Below, one piece after another: positions 1-10,542 of a stretch of DNA of 64,000 bases. A program made the translations under genes and the position numbers. The notes under the pieces were generated by a model. It was not told the DNA's origin. It was given only the letters and a program-made list of their open reading frames with translations, and did not search any database. The stretch comes from Thermoprotei archaeon. Its GTDB lineage: Archaea > Thermoproteota > Thermoprotei > Thermoproteales > B15-G16. The stretch spans positions 96,001 through 160,000 of the forward strand of contig QMRC01000002.1 in NCBI GenBank assembly GCA_003649205.1, in the 5' to 3' direction. How positions within the stretch are numbered: position 1 is the first letter of the stretch; each line of letters begins with the position of its first letter.

Positions 1-2
1 AA

Positions 3-254
3 CAAGGAATAATCTCACCCGAACTAGCCCAAGAACTCTACAAATTCATTACCTGGAGAAACATACTGGTACACAGATACATCGAAATAAACTACTCAAA
101 ACTATACGAAGACTCAAAGAAACTAACTACCATTGTAAGAGAGTTCGAAAAACAAATAATCAAGCTCAAGGAAAAGCACGAAGAAACCAAACACAACAAA
201 CCACAACAACAGCCACATAACCCCCAAGAGATTTCACAAAGCAAAAAGTACTGA
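3..254 (+). CDS. HepT/DUF86-type HEPN ribonuclease, C-terminal part (5' end outside window)
   Basis: Manual translation QGIISPELAQELYKFITWRNILVHRYIEINYSKLYE contains the HEPN RxxxxH motif (RNILVH). Stop TGA at 252-254. Not in the ORF track. Confidence 0.75.
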   Translation, partial: QGIISPELAQELYKFITWRNILVHRYIEINYSKLYEDSKKLTTIVREFEKQIIKLKEKHEETKHNKPQQQPHNPQEISQSKKY

Positions 255-442
255 AGATATGGAAAACCACGCAAAATACCTCAGATAAGTAATCAAATAC
301 ACAAGAGAAAGACTGAGAGAAAAGAACTAACAAAAACCAAAAATCAAGAACAGGAAACCTTCACAGTATGAGGGGATTAGCGGTAGAGACAACATAGCTT
401 ATAGAGGAGCGAAATCAATAATTTAGAGATGAGGGGGTAACA

Positions 443-1483
443 ATTCACGAAATTAAGTTCATAAACAGGGTACCAGAACTCAAAGCCTTAAGGGATTGGT
501 GCGCAAAACAGAGAACAACACCTCTCTACATCTACGGTCCTGAAGGCTGTGGAAAGACAAGACTACTGAGAGAATTCATCAAGAAATTCAATGAGTACTT
601 CGGAGATGACGCAATTGCAGTATACATCGATGCACTAGAGAGAAGCTCAGTAGAGAAAGCCATACTAACGTCGAGATCCGTGAAACTAGCTACAGAAACC
701 CTCGAGAAAATAATCGAGAAATTCTCCGGTCTAAGCGTTGGAAGAATTCTCGCTGAATCAATAACATCAATACTCGAAAAAGCAATCATAAAGAAGAAAC
801 TCGAAGACAACTACATCCTCATAGCAATCGACGACATAACCAGAGCACTTGGCCTCCAACAAATTGAGTGGTACATCAAGTGGCTTTACGAACTCCTATG
901 GAAGATCAGAGAAGAGTACAGACCAAAAGCCATAAACATAATAGTAACGACATCGGAAGGAACCAGCCTAAAATTAGTATCAAGACACAGACACGCACAC
1001 ATCACACTACTATGGAACCTACCCAAAGAAGCATTTAAAGAACTCTTCCACGAACTAAAACCACCAAACAACACAGAATTCGAACAAGTATGGAAACTAC
1101 TAGGAGGAAACCCAGGAAGACTAATTGAACTAGCTGAAGAATACAACTGGAACCTCGAAAAATGGCTCAATAACCTCATGAAGAGACTAAAACCACTCGC
1201 CGAAGAAATCGCTAGAAGAGGACTAATCAAAGAACTGAAACAACTAATCGAAGACCCCGACAACGTATGGTACAAAGCATCCCCCAAAATAGGTGAACTA
1301 TACGACCTCCTAGTAGAAAACAACGTATTCATGTACAAAGGATTCACAACACTAAACGAAACCGAAATACCCAAAGACCCAGAACTCGGAATCGGACAAG
1401 ACTACACATGGCAAATACCCGCATACAGATACATACTAGACAAACTACTCAAAAACAAAACAACAACCCCCACACAAACCTAA
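443..1483 (+). CDS. Archaeal P-loop ATPase (ATPase_2-like, GPEGCGKT family), paralog 1
   Basis: The frame of ORF 680-1483 is open back to 422 and contains KFINR and Walker A YGPEGCGKT. Walker B IAIDD, GGNP and a C-terminal WQIPAY follow. Start placed at ATT 443 by alignment with paralog 2. Confidence 0.85.
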   Translation: MHEIKFINRVPELKALRDWCAKQRTTPLYIYGPEGCGKTRLLREFIKKFNEYFGDDAIAVYIDALERSSVEKAILTSRSVKLATETLEKIIEKFSGLSVGRILAESITSILEKAIIKKKLEDNYILIAIDDITRALGLQQIEWYIKWLYELLWKIREEYRPKAINIIVTTSEGTSLKLVSRHRHAHITLLWNLPKEAFKELFHELKPPNNTEFEQVWKLLGGNPGRLIELAEEYNWNLEKWLNNLMKRLKPLAEEIARRGLIKELKQLIEDPDNVWYKASPKIGELYDLLVENNVFMYKGFTTLNETEIPKDPELGIGQDYTWQIPAYRYILDKLLKNKTTTPTQT

Positions 1484-1598
1484 AAGAAGACATAACCCTA
1501 GACCTCAACCAAACGAAAAATCCTCAGCAAGAAACAAGACCTAAAAAGTACCATAGCTACTACCTACCAAAACAGAGAAGACAACTCAGGGGAACAAA

Positions 1599-2588
1599 GT
1601 GATAGAGCTAAAGTTCGTAAATAGAGAAGAAGAATTAAAGACATTACATGAATTAGCAAATAAAGGAACAACACTACCAATCTACCTCTATGGACCAGAA
1701 GGTTGTGGAAAGACAAGACTACTAAAGGAATTCATAAAGAAAGTCAATGGGGTAGCCCTGTACATAGACGCACTTGAGGGTGAAGACCCAGAGAAGGCAC
1801 TACTCACAACACCACTAAACATACTCACCGACATAGTGAAAGATTTGATTAAAGAAGTAGCAAAACCTGTAGGACAATACCTATGCCTAAGTCTATGGAA
1901 AATACTCAAACACATAGAAACCAAACTACAGATAAGAGGTAAACCCCTAATCATAGCTGTAGACGACATCACAAGAGCAATAGGTCTAAGTAAAGTCGAG
2001 TGGTACACAAAGTGGCTATACGAACTAATTAAGAAACTACAGGAAGACTATCGACCAAGTTCCATTTTAATCATAGCAACAACAAGCGAAGGCAAGAGCC
2101 TAGACCTAGTAATGAGACACACATACACACACATCAACCTAGTATGGAACCTAGACAAAGAAGCCCACCAAGAACTAATACAACAACTAAAACCACCAAA
2201 AAACATAGACCCAGAACAACTCTGGTACTACACAGGAGGAAACCCAAGAGCAACAATCGACATAGCAGAAAACAACTGGAACATAGATAGCTGGATCCAG
2301 AAAATAGAGGCAAAACTAAGACCACTCATCAGAACCATAAGAAGCCTAAACCTAACCAATGAACTACAGAAACTAATCGAAGATCCAGACAACATAGAAA
2401 AACAACCATCACAAAAAATGGAACAACTCTACACAATACTCGTAGAAGCAAACCTATTCATGTACAAAGGATTCAGAACAATAAACGGAAAACACATACC
2501 TAAAAACCCAGAACTAGGAATAGGAGAGTACTACGCATGGCAGATACCAGCATATAAGCACGCACTAGAGCAACTACTACAGAGATAA
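1599..2588 (+). CDS. Archaeal P-loop ATPase, paralog 2
   Basis: KFVNRE, YGPEGCGKT, IIAVDD, TTSEG, TGGNPR, AWQIPAY. Confidence 0.9.
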   Translation: MIELKFVNREEELKTLHELANKGTTLPIYLYGPEGCGKTRLLKEFIKKVNGVALYIDALEGEDPEKALLTTPLNILTDIVKDLIKEVAKPVGQYLCLSLWKILKHIETKLQIRGKPLIIAVDDITRAIGLSKVEWYTKWLYELIKKLQEDYRPSSILIIATTSEGKSLDLVMRHTYTHINLVWNLDKEAHQELIQQLKPPKNIDPEQLWYYTGGNPRATIDIAENNWNIDSWIQKIEAKLRPLIRTIRSLNLTNELQKLIEDPDNIEKQPSQKMEQLYTILVEANLFMYKGFRTINGKHIPKNPELGIGEYYAWQIPAYKHALEQLLQR

Positions 2589-2683
2589 CAGTAGAATTCA
2601 CTACCTATGTAGCGGATAAAACCAATCATAAGGCTTCACACACCTAGAATCATCCACCCCACCATTAATCCTCCCAGGAACAA

Positions 2684-2901
2684 TCAACGAATCATTCCAA
2701 GACCCTCAACCACAACCACATTAAGATAAACATCATTCAACTTCAGCAAATAGTACACAGCACCCATCTCATCAACGTAAACTTCACTAGGACCACCCAA
2801 AACTCTCTCAAGAACACGAACAAACCCCCTCAAAAATTCTCAACACCTAACACACTTAAAACATCCCTATGCCTCTTTACCACATGTAAATAAAGCCTAT
2901 G
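2684..2901 (-). pseudogene. Frameshifted remnant of a small RelE/BECR-like toxin or nuclease
   Basis: Reads HVVKRHRDVLSVLGVENF, then after a frameshift FVRVLERVLGGPSEVYVDEMGAVYYLLKLNDVYLNVVVVEG. A nucleotide homolog lies at 49370-49500. Confidence 0.45.
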
Positions 2902-3047
2902 AGAAATCACTACATTACACCACCAACAAGAAACCTCAGAACACAACACCCAACAACCAAAGACAACACATATCCAAAAAGAGTTAAGTCTAAGCCAGGA
3001 AAAGAAACCAGAAAGAGGAAACTAAGTTACAAAATGAGGCTTAAGAC

Positions 3048-4070
3048 ATGAGTACAGAACCCAAGTTCGTCGACAGAGAATACGAACTAAAGACCCTGGA
3101 AGAACTATCGAGAAGAGACCTACCAACACCACTCTACATCTACGGTCCTGAAGGCTGCGGAAAGACAAGACTACTGAGAGAATTCATAACAAACTTCAAC
3201 GGAATAGGAATCTACATAGACACACTAGAGAGAACCAACATAGAGAAAGTACTAACAGTAAACCTAGCAATACCAGAGCTAAGAGAGTACATAGTGTCAA
3301 TAGCCAAGGAATACCTCGGAAACATAGGACTAATCCTCGCACAAAAACTATACACAGTACTAGAGAAAATAGCCACAAAATACAAACTAAAAGGCAAAAA
3401 CCTCGTAATAGCTGTCGACGACGTAACACAAGTACTCGGAATACACGAAATAGAACGCTACATGAAATGGCTCTACGAAGCAATAACCAAGATAAAACAA
3501 GAATACAGACCAGAATCAATACTCATACTAGTAACAACATCAGAAGGACAAAGCCTACAAAGAATAATAAGACACACCTACACCAAAGTAAACCTACTAT
3601 GGAACCTACCAAAAGAAGCCTTCACACAACTAGCAAATCAACTACAACCACCAGATAGAGACACAGTAGAGAAAACCTGGGAACTAACAGGAGGAAACCC
3701 AAGAAGACTAATCGAAATAGCTAAATGGTACAGATGGAACATAGACCAATGGCTAGAAGACCTAAAAGAAAACATAAGAGACGTAGCTAAAACAGCAATA
3801 AAACTCAACCTAGTAGAAGAACTAATCAAAGTAATCGAAAACCCAGACAACATAGATGTAGTAACAACAGAGAAAATGGAAAGACTCTACAAAATCCTAC
3901 TCGAAAGAAACCTAGTAATCTACACAGGAATACCACTACTACAATCATGGACAACAAAACAAAGACACCTAACACCCAACACCAAACTAGGAATAGGAAG
4001 ATACTACTCATGGCAAATACCAGCATACAAATACGCACTAAAACAACTACTACAGAAACAACACCACTAA
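3048..4070 (+). CDS. Archaeal P-loop ATPase, paralog 3
   Basis: KFVDRE, YGPEGCGKT, VIAVDD, TTSEG, TGGNPR, SWQIPAY. Confidence 0.9.
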   Translation: MSTEPKFVDREYELKTLEELSRRDLPTPLYIYGPEGCGKTRLLREFITNFNGIGIYIDTLERTNIEKVLTVNLAIPELREYIVSIAKEYLGNIGLILAQKLYTVLEKIATKYKLKGKNLVIAVDDVTQVLGIHEIERYMKWLYEAITKIKQEYRPESILILVTTSEGQSLQRIIRHTYTKVNLLWNLPKEAFTQLANQLQPPDRDTVEKTWELTGGNPRRLIEIAKWYRWNIDQWLEDLKENIRDVAKTAIKLNLVEELIKVIENPDNIDVVTTEKMERLYKILLERNLVIYTGIPLLQSWTTKQRHLTPNTKLGIGRYYSWQIPAYKYALKQLLQKQHH

Positions 4071-4389
4071 CACCCACCCCTTAGAAAAAGAACACCAATA
4101 ACCGATAGTTTATGTCAAGACACACCAAATCCCTAAGACATACAAGACCTAATCTAAGAACCTCCAACAAACAAAGAAAACAATTAGACAAAACACAAAA
4201 TCCCAACCCAAAGAGAAGACACTAAGCACACAACAACAAGAGAAAACACTCTCAACACTAAACCCTAAGAAGGTACCCACAAGAACCAAAGAAGACCTAC
4301 TAGCAATAGAAAATACAGCATCAGAAGCTCAAAAAGTAATCCAAAGAGTAGAGAAAGAATTAACTCAAAGAATTCTTAAAATCTTAGAC

Positions 4390-4653
4390 ATGGTGCTTTC
4401 AGGTAAGCTCACTCGAGAAGAAGCAACAAAGATATTCCTAAAACTCTACACATCAGCTACAGTACCTAACTGGCTAGAAGAACTACTAGGTAACCTCATA
4501 CTAATCGATGAACCAGAGGAACACGCCGGCTTATCAGAGCAAGAACTAAAGCAAATAACACAGAAACTACGCGAAAGAGCAAAAACACAGCAAAACCAAG
4601 ACAACTCCACCACCAAAAGACAAAAACCACTACCCGACGAGACTACTGACTAA
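4390..4653 (+). CDS. Hypothetical protein (frame open further upstream)
   Basis: Protein-like helical composition, no recognised motif. Confidence 0.4.
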   Translation: MVLSGKLTREEATKIFLKLYTSATVPNWLEELLGNLILIDEPEEHAGLSEQELKQITQKLRERAKTQQNQDNSTTKRQKPLPDETTD

Positions 4654-4821
4654 GTAACAACACTCAAAGCTACAGAGCACCTACATAGTCTGAGGCTATG
4701 AATACTGCTCTACGGTATCTATACCTCGTGGGGTAGCCTATGAGGAGATTCATAGGGTTGATCAGAGATCACAGGACTAAGATTGGAAGGATCGTTGCTA
4801 AGAGAGTGAGTGTGCGTAGCT

Positions 4822-5247
4822 ATGGTCGTGAGAGTGAGGATAAGGATAGAGAGGAGCGGAAAGGTTGTTGAAACTAGCGCCCTAGCAAATAGCAGTTACG
4901 AAGCTGAAACACCACAGCTACTGATACCCATTCGCCTTGCTGAAACCTTGGGCCTGTGGCCTCCTACAAAGGAGCTTACGGAGACCGTGTATGAGACTGC
5001 TGGTGCCCCACTCAGAGTATGGATAGCTCCAAGAGCGTGTAGAGTCAGGGTCATAGCTGAAGATACTGAGTCCCCCGATGTCATAGCCGATGCAGTGATC
5101 TCACCGATAGCAGACGAGGTTCTCAGCGATAAGCTCATCAGCAAGCTTCAGATAGCGTTAGAAGATGTAGAAGAAGGACTATGGAGATTCCGATGGGAAC
5201 CAAGAGACAAGCTGAGACGCAGCGAACCACCCAAGCTCTGGAAATAG
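4822..5247 (+). CDS. Retropepsin-like (clan AA fold) crenarchaeal protein
   Basis: VETSALANSSYEAETPQLLIP and ADEVLSDKLIS resemble the ALVNSG-type variant of the aspartyl-protease fold. Confidence 0.6.
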   Translation: MVVRVRIRIERSGKVVETSALANSSYEAETPQLLIPIRLAETLGLWPPTKELTETVYETAGAPLRVWIAPRACRVRVIAEDTESPDVIADAVISPIADEVLSDKLISKLQIALEDVEEGLWRFRWEPRDKLRRSEPPKLWK

Positions 5248-5321
5248 CCCATTACTATCGACACCTCACCTCATAGATTATAAGGCTTTCTAGAGTTTTA
5301 GAATAGTTAGGTAGAACTGGT

Positions 5322-5834
5322 ATGAGTGAGGAGAACTCTAGCTTCAATACAGTAACTCTAAAACTCCCTAGTATCATCATGGAGAAACTCAAGGATGTAG
5401 GAGTTGACGTAGAATCGCTAATAATTGATTTAATTGTAGACAATCTAAACCTTAAACCAGAGGAGGAACTTGAAGTTCATAGGGAACTAGCTAGAAGGTT
5501 CCTAGAGGAAGGTATGAAGCTCATCGATGTAAATCCTGTACAAGCAAGTGAGAAGCTATACAAAGCAGCTGAGGAAGCTGTGAAGACACTTGTACTCAAA
5601 CACAGGCTACGCAGCATAGTGGAAAGAGTTGAGAAACGTGGTAGGTGGAAAGTAGAAGACCTCTTCGACGCTATTAGTGAGTTGAGACAGATCTACAGCG
5701 ATGACATTAGGAGGTGGTGGGACTCTGCATGGAATCTCCATGTATGGGGATTCCATGAGGCGAAGGCTACGAAGAGGTACGTGGAAGAAAGGATCCGTGA
5801 TGTAGAGGAGCTGGTAAAGCTAGCTATAGAATGA
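5322..5834 (+). CDS. PaREP1 family (HEPN-like) protein
   Basis: VQASEKLYKAAEE and AWNLHVWGFHE. Confidence 0.9.
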   Translation: MSEENSSFNTVTLKLPSIIMEKLKDVGVDVESLIIDLIVDNLNLKPEEELEVHRELARRFLEEGMKLIDVNPVQASEKLYKAAEEAVKTLVLKHRLRSIVERVEKRGRWKVEDLFDAISELRQIYSDDIRRWWDSAWNLHVWGFHEAKATKRYVEERIRDVEELVKLAIE

Positions 5835-5975
5835 GGCTCAGCAGTACATATGCATAGTCTACAGAAGATGGTGATGAGATGCGAAGCTCTATCAATACAT
5901 GACTTTAGCGCTGATATAGCGCCATAGATAAGTTTGATGAGGTGCAACCAAGTCATAGATACGGGTGTGAGCTTG

Positions 5976-6506
5976 ATGGAAGCCATCTACGTCCCTAAGA
6001 AGCTTGTTGATGAAGCTAGGAAGATGGGTATCGACATAAGCGAACTCGTACTGAATGCTATCGCTAACGTGCTTGATTTAGATCCAAGTGAAGTTGCTTC
6101 TGCTAGGCTTGAGCTTGCTGAGAAATCTCTTGAAGAAGCTAGAGAGTTCATCAAGCAGAGAAATGCTGTTCAAGCGAGCGAGAAGCTGTACAAAGCCGTT
6201 GAGGAGTGCATCAAGGCATTAGCAGAGGTATTCAACGCTTCACAACTCAAAGAAGTTAGAAAGAGAGGAAAGTGGGATACATGGCTTCTCGGTATGGCTG
6301 CAACCGATCTCTCGAAAAGGCTCGGCGAAGAAAGGATTAGGTTAGCATGGAAAGACGCGTACGACATACATGTATGGGGTTTCCACGAAGCGAAGTACAG
6401 AGTAGAGGATGTGGAAGCAGCACTCCCACTAGCAGAGTGGTTGCTCAGCTACACGAAGCAAGTAATAAGTGAGAAGCTTAGAGAACATAAAGAGAAGCAA
6501 GAGTAG
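5976..6506 (+). CDS. PaREP1 family protein
   Basis: VQASEKLYKAVEE and AYDIHVWGFHE. Start moved to ATG 5976. Confidence 0.9.
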   Translation: MEAIYVPKKLVDEARKMGIDISELVLNAIANVLDLDPSEVASARLELAEKSLEEAREFIKQRNAVQASEKLYKAVEECIKALAEVFNASQLKEVRKRGKWDTWLLGMAATDLSKRLGEERIRLAWKDAYDIHVWGFHEAKYRVEDVEAALPLAEWLLSYTKQVISEKLREHKEKQE

Positions 6507-6514
6507 GTACATGA

Positions 6515-6910
6515 ATGAGCATGAGTACCTACGTAGAGAAGCTCATCCCTAGAAACTTAGTCATCGAGTCCTCTAGAGGTGCTCAAGTGAGGATCCATGT
6601 GATCGAGCAAGGTATCTGCAAGGAGGGAGCAACTAAGGAGATCGAGAACGAGCTAGAAGAACTCATCGGTAGCACAAAGCCAGACCTGCAGAGCATCACT
6701 AAGAAGATTGAGGAGAAGCTCCACACCGTGCTGACCAGCAAGCACAAGCTGCTGATCTACCTACCGCTCCTAAACCCGAGGACAAAGGCTAGAACACTCT
6801 GCAAAACCCTAAGAGAACTACTAGCAAGCAACGATACAAACACCCTACAACACAAACCCATTGAAATCCCACATATGAAATTGAAAGCTAGAGGTGTAGA
6901 GAATGTCTGA
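6515..6910 (+). CDS. Hypothetical protein
   Basis: 131-aa ORF directly after PaREP1, no motif recognised. Confidence 0.4.
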   Translation: MSMSTYVEKLIPRNLVIESSRGAQVRIHVIEQGICKEGATKEIENELEELIGSTKPDLQSITKKIEEKLHTVLTSKHKLLIYLPLLNPRTKARTLCKTLRELLASNDTNTLQHKPIEIPHMKLKARGVENV

Positions 6911-7067
6911 TCTGCTGACGCACTACACTATCAGCTACCTAGTTGCGAGCAGAGTGCTGAAACCGAGACACGCCTTATAAGCAGTAATATTCAGTCATAT
7001 ACAGGAGATGGTGAGCCCCAACGAGGAGGCAGGTCACGTAGCAAAGGTGGCTCCCCGAGGGGAGAGG

Positions 7068-7577
7068 ATGCTAGCTCTCAAAGCAAGGGCTGTTCTCGTC
7101 GAGGGAGACCTATACGACCTGTTCTCGGAGCTCTAGCCTCACTCGTAGGGAGGTGCAGAGGATTATCGACACGCTTTGGGAGCTGGATAAGTTACCAACA
7201 TTGAACCAGTGTCACCAGATGTTCTACAGGCAGCTAGAGAGAAGGGGTTCCGAGCACATCAAGCTAAGCAAATGTACAAGTATGGTCTCCCGCTCGTGAA
7301 ATCCGCAAAGAAGAATGGAGGCACTAAACCACTCCTCAAGAAGCTAAGCGTCAGGCTCGACAGGTACGATGCAAGCATAGACTTCAACACCTGGACGGCG
7401 ACAGTGAAGCTTAGGAACAAGACGTTCAAGCTAAAGCTACTGCATAGACGGAGCTACCTAGACAAGTTCAGGAGTAGGAAATGGTACGAGGTAGTCGTAA
7501 GGTGGTTACCTGGAGCGCAGGTAGAGGTTATTATCCCCTTCCGCTTCGAGCACCTAGCTAAGACCATGAAAAGATGA
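7068..7577 (+). mobile_element. tnpB: Degraded tnpB (IS200/IS605 OrfB) N-terminal fragment
   Basis: Pieces across a stop and frameshifts: MLALKARAVLVEGDLYDLF, RREVQRIIDTLWELDKLPTLNQCHQMFY, FRAHQAKQMYKY..KPLLKKLSVRLDRY. RuvC and Zn-finger half absent. Confidence 0.65.
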
Positions 7578-7850
7578 AGCTAGCAGAGAAAAGAAGTAAT
7601 AGTACTCACCGAACCAATCGATGAAGAGAACATGTAGAGAGCACGGTACTCAAAATGCAGGACATGGTACATGGCTAAAAACGAGCACTCCCATTTACCA
7701 TGTGGAGAGCCATCACATCACCATCAGCTACCCGCTCTACTCAATGCAGCGCGATGAAGATCCTCAATGAATACTCGTTGAAAGAACTGCATCCACACTG
7801 AGATACCATGAACCCATTTACAGCTAACAATACTGATGATAGCAACAGTC

Positions 7851-7866
7851 AGGAACCTATGGACAA
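7851..7866 (+). repeat. 16-nt direct repeat AGGAACCTATGGACAA (second copy 9369-9384)
   Basis: Exact match read from the sequence. Each copy lies about 55-60 nt upstream of a decayed gene start. Confidence 0.6.
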
Positions 7867-7927
7867 AGGAGCCGGTGTGGAGGAAGGAGCAAAAGTAACC
7901 TAATAGAGAGGATAGATTAGTAGAGAA

Positions 7928-8060
7928 ATGTTTGAGAAGAGCGTTACTATCAATGGCTTTAAGAGCATACGGGAAGGTAAGCTAGATGAATTTACAGAAA
8001 TAAACATCTTCGTATGTAGAAACAATACGGAGGAAGTCTACTGTACTCGAAGCTCCAACC
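7928..8060 (+). pseudogene. N-terminal remnant of an ABC/AAA_15-type ATPase
   Basis: INGFKSI..EINIFVCRNNT, then a 1-nt frameshift into KSTVLEA. Compare GRNNTGKSTVVEA of the intact gene at 39597. Confidence 0.7.
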
Positions 8061-8166
8061 CCCAAATAACCGCAGGAATACTACACCCCCATAAATCCAT
8101 AAATCCAGAAGAGGCAAAACTAGTACTAAGTCTGGAATCCAGGCACAGGAGGAGAGGGGCTAACCC

Positions 8167-8679
8167 ATGAGCACCAGTATAAGCATCCCCCTAAAACTCT
8201 ACGAGAGGCTGAAAAAGGAGGGGGTAGACATCGAAGCACTGGTAGTCGACCTACTAGTGGAGAGGTTAAACCTAAACCCAGACGAGGCCACTCAAATACG
8301 CCTAGAGCTAGCCGAGAAGTACCTCAAAGAAGGAGTAAAGCTAGTAGATAAGGACCCAGTACAAGCCAGCGAGAAGCTATACAAGGCAGCTGAGGAATGC
8401 ATTAAAGCCGCAGCCACACACCTCAACCTCAAGGACATACTAGCGAGGGTAAGGAGAAGAGGGAGATGGGTACTAGCAGACCTAGAGAAGGCAGCCCGAG
8501 CAGCAGGCAAGAAAATCAGCGAAGACATATACATAGGCTGGGACCGAGCAAACTACCTACACGTCTGGGGCTTCCACGAAGCAAAATTAGACGCCGAAGA
8601 CGTGAAAGCAAGAATCCCATACATAGAGAAAATGGTAGAGAAACTGAAAGAAGAACTAGGGAAGAGAGAACATAAGTAG
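8167..8679 (+). CDS. PaREP1 family protein
   Basis: DPVQASEKLYKAAEE and ANYLHVWGFHE. Confidence 0.9.
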   Translation: MSTSISIPLKLYERLKKEGVDIEALVVDLLVERLNLNPDEATQIRLELAEKYLKEGVKLVDKDPVQASEKLYKAAEECIKAAATHLNLKDILARVRRRGRWVLADLEKAARAAGKKISEDIYIGWDRANYLHVWGFHEAKLDAEDVKARIPYIEKMVEKLKEELGKREHK

Positions 8680-8859
8680 AAGGTAAAGGTAAAAGACAGC
8701 ATATACCTAGCATACCGGTGAACACATGAAGACCACTAATCACCTTACAGTAAGCCCCCCACAAGCCCACGACAGTTATAGGACCAATAACCGATGAACT
8801 ATAACCTACCCAGATTCAAGGTAGCAACACAGCTCCTGAAGAGCACTAGAGCTAATCCC

Positions 8860-9200
8860 CCTCCTCGACCTCAGCTACAGCAACGAAGAGCTAACCATAA
8901 AGATAACCCAAATCGTAGACACCCATGAGATCTACAGAGCCAACATAGATGACAAGACCCTGAGGATAGCTAACGCCAAGGACGTCAAAGTCTTCAAAGC
9001 AGACCTCTCCAGAGACCCCACACCGCTACCCAACAAGAGCATAGATACTGCTACAGCGCTAAAGGTCATTGAGCACCTACTAAACCCCCGACCATATGCT
9101 CAAGGAAACACATAGGATTCACAAGAAAAGAGATTACCTCCCTATAACAACACCAAACTCAACAAGCTGGATAAACAGAACAACACTACTACTTGACTAT
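8860..9200 (+). pseudogene. Degraded class I SAM methyltransferase
   Basis: LLDLSYSNEELT (from LDLGCGNG), KVFKADLSRDP, ALKVIEHLLNP, DHMLKETHRI, with frameshifts. Confidence 0.7.
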
Positions 9201-9437
9201 TAACCATATAATGCTGAACACACCCCCTACTCAACCTTAGTCACACTAACAGTGACCCAACTTCAAAATGATGCACCAGGCACACCAGCATTAGGAATAG
9301 CACTACTAGCCCTAAAACAATATAGGACATAGATCACTCAACAACTATACCTCATAGTAGCAAGCTAAAGGAACCTATGGACAAGAGAGTTAGTGTGATC
9401 AAAAACAAAGATAAGCTAGGTCTAGAGGATACACCTA

Positions 9438-9900
9438 ATGGATATTGTATTACCCAAGACAATTGCTGAGAAACTACAGAAGAAAGCTAAGTACACCGTC
9501 ACATCAGTTGAGAAGTACTTACTCGATGTCTTGACTAAGGACTACGATCCTGAGACTACTGCTGAAAAGCACCTTAGCACAGCACTAGAGCACCTCGAGC
9601 AGACTAAGGAAGAGCTCAAGGAAAGTGATCTTAGGCAATCCAGTAAAAAGATCCGGAATACATGTACACCTGCTATCAAGGCTCATGCACCTGCTAGAAA
9701 GAGCAAGAGAACAGAGTCACACACAGAATTATGGGTTTACAAGAACGAAGTTACTAAGAACTCGATAACTGAATTAAAATGGTACTCAAAGTAGCAGACA
9801 CCACACATAAGAACCTCTACGAAGAATTAACAACAAGAGAAAATGTGAAAGATACACTGAGAGAAGTAGAGAAGCTTGTGAAGACCATAGTGAAGAGACC
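9438..9900 (+). pseudogene. Degraded PaREP1 family gene
   Basis: DLRQSSKKIRN (from QASEKIWG) and ESHTELWVYKNEV. The tail THKNLYEELTTRENV continues after the stop at 9794. Confidence 0.75.
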
Positions 9901-9915
9901 TAGAGGTGATACAAA

Positions 9916-10542
9916 ATCACGTCCACGAACCCTCCACTCGAACTTAAACTAGATACCTGGTTCTACGAGACATACGTACCCAGAAGATTCACGCTGGATA
10001 ACGGTGAGGTAATTGAGTTAACCGCTAAAGAAGTTGAGGAGAAACTCTCAAGAGAACCACTATTCCTACTCTACGTACCACCAAAGCACATAGACGATGT
10101 GTGTAGACTACTCAAGGAAGAGGAATTCACCGAGACATGGCTACGTGTGCCCAAGGGTGAGAAGTACAGTCTTGTGAGAAGGCTCATTGAACCGTGGGAA
10201 CTCCATGTGAGAATCTACGAGAGTGGGTTCATAGAGTCCGAGGTCGAAGTGAGTCGAGACTACATTGAGCACCTAGGTGAGTACCGTGTGTATGTTGTCT
10301 ACGAGCTCTTCAACTTCTACAGCAAAGTCTATGACAGGTTACACATACTGTACAAGCCCAGGAACAGGTGGGTCGTTAAAGTGTGGGATAACCTACGCAT
10401 CAGAGTAAAACCACCAAAGCTACTAACACCCTGGAAACCCATAGCAGTGGGAGTAGGCGTAGCCATAGCTGTAGGCCTCCTCACATACGCACTAGCTAAG
10501 CTCGAGAAGGGAGATCATGAACACTCCCAGGAAACTACTTGA
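9916..10542 (+). CDS. Hypothetical protein with C-terminal membrane anchor
   Basis: The frame of ORF 10099 is open back to 9910, with SD GAGGTGA at 9903-9909. Hydrophobic IAVGVGVAIAVGLLTYAL tail. Overlaps the PaREP1 start. Confidence 0.6.
   Translation: MTSTNPPLELKLDTWFYETYVPRRFTLDNGEVIELTAKEVEEKLSREPLFLLYVPPKHIDDVCRLLKEEEFTETWLRVPKGEKYSLVRRLIEPWELHVRIYESGFIESEVEVSRDYIEHLGEYRVYVVYELFNFYSKVYDRLHILYKPRNRWVVKVWDNLRIRVKPPKLLTPWKPIAVGVGVAIAVGLLTYALAKLEKGDHEHSQETT

Noticed and set aside
8860-9900. Diversity-generating retroelement as the cause of the hypermutation
   Set aside because: No reverse transcriptase and no TR/VR pair. Changes are transitions at both G and T over many kb, not A-to-N in a short repeat.
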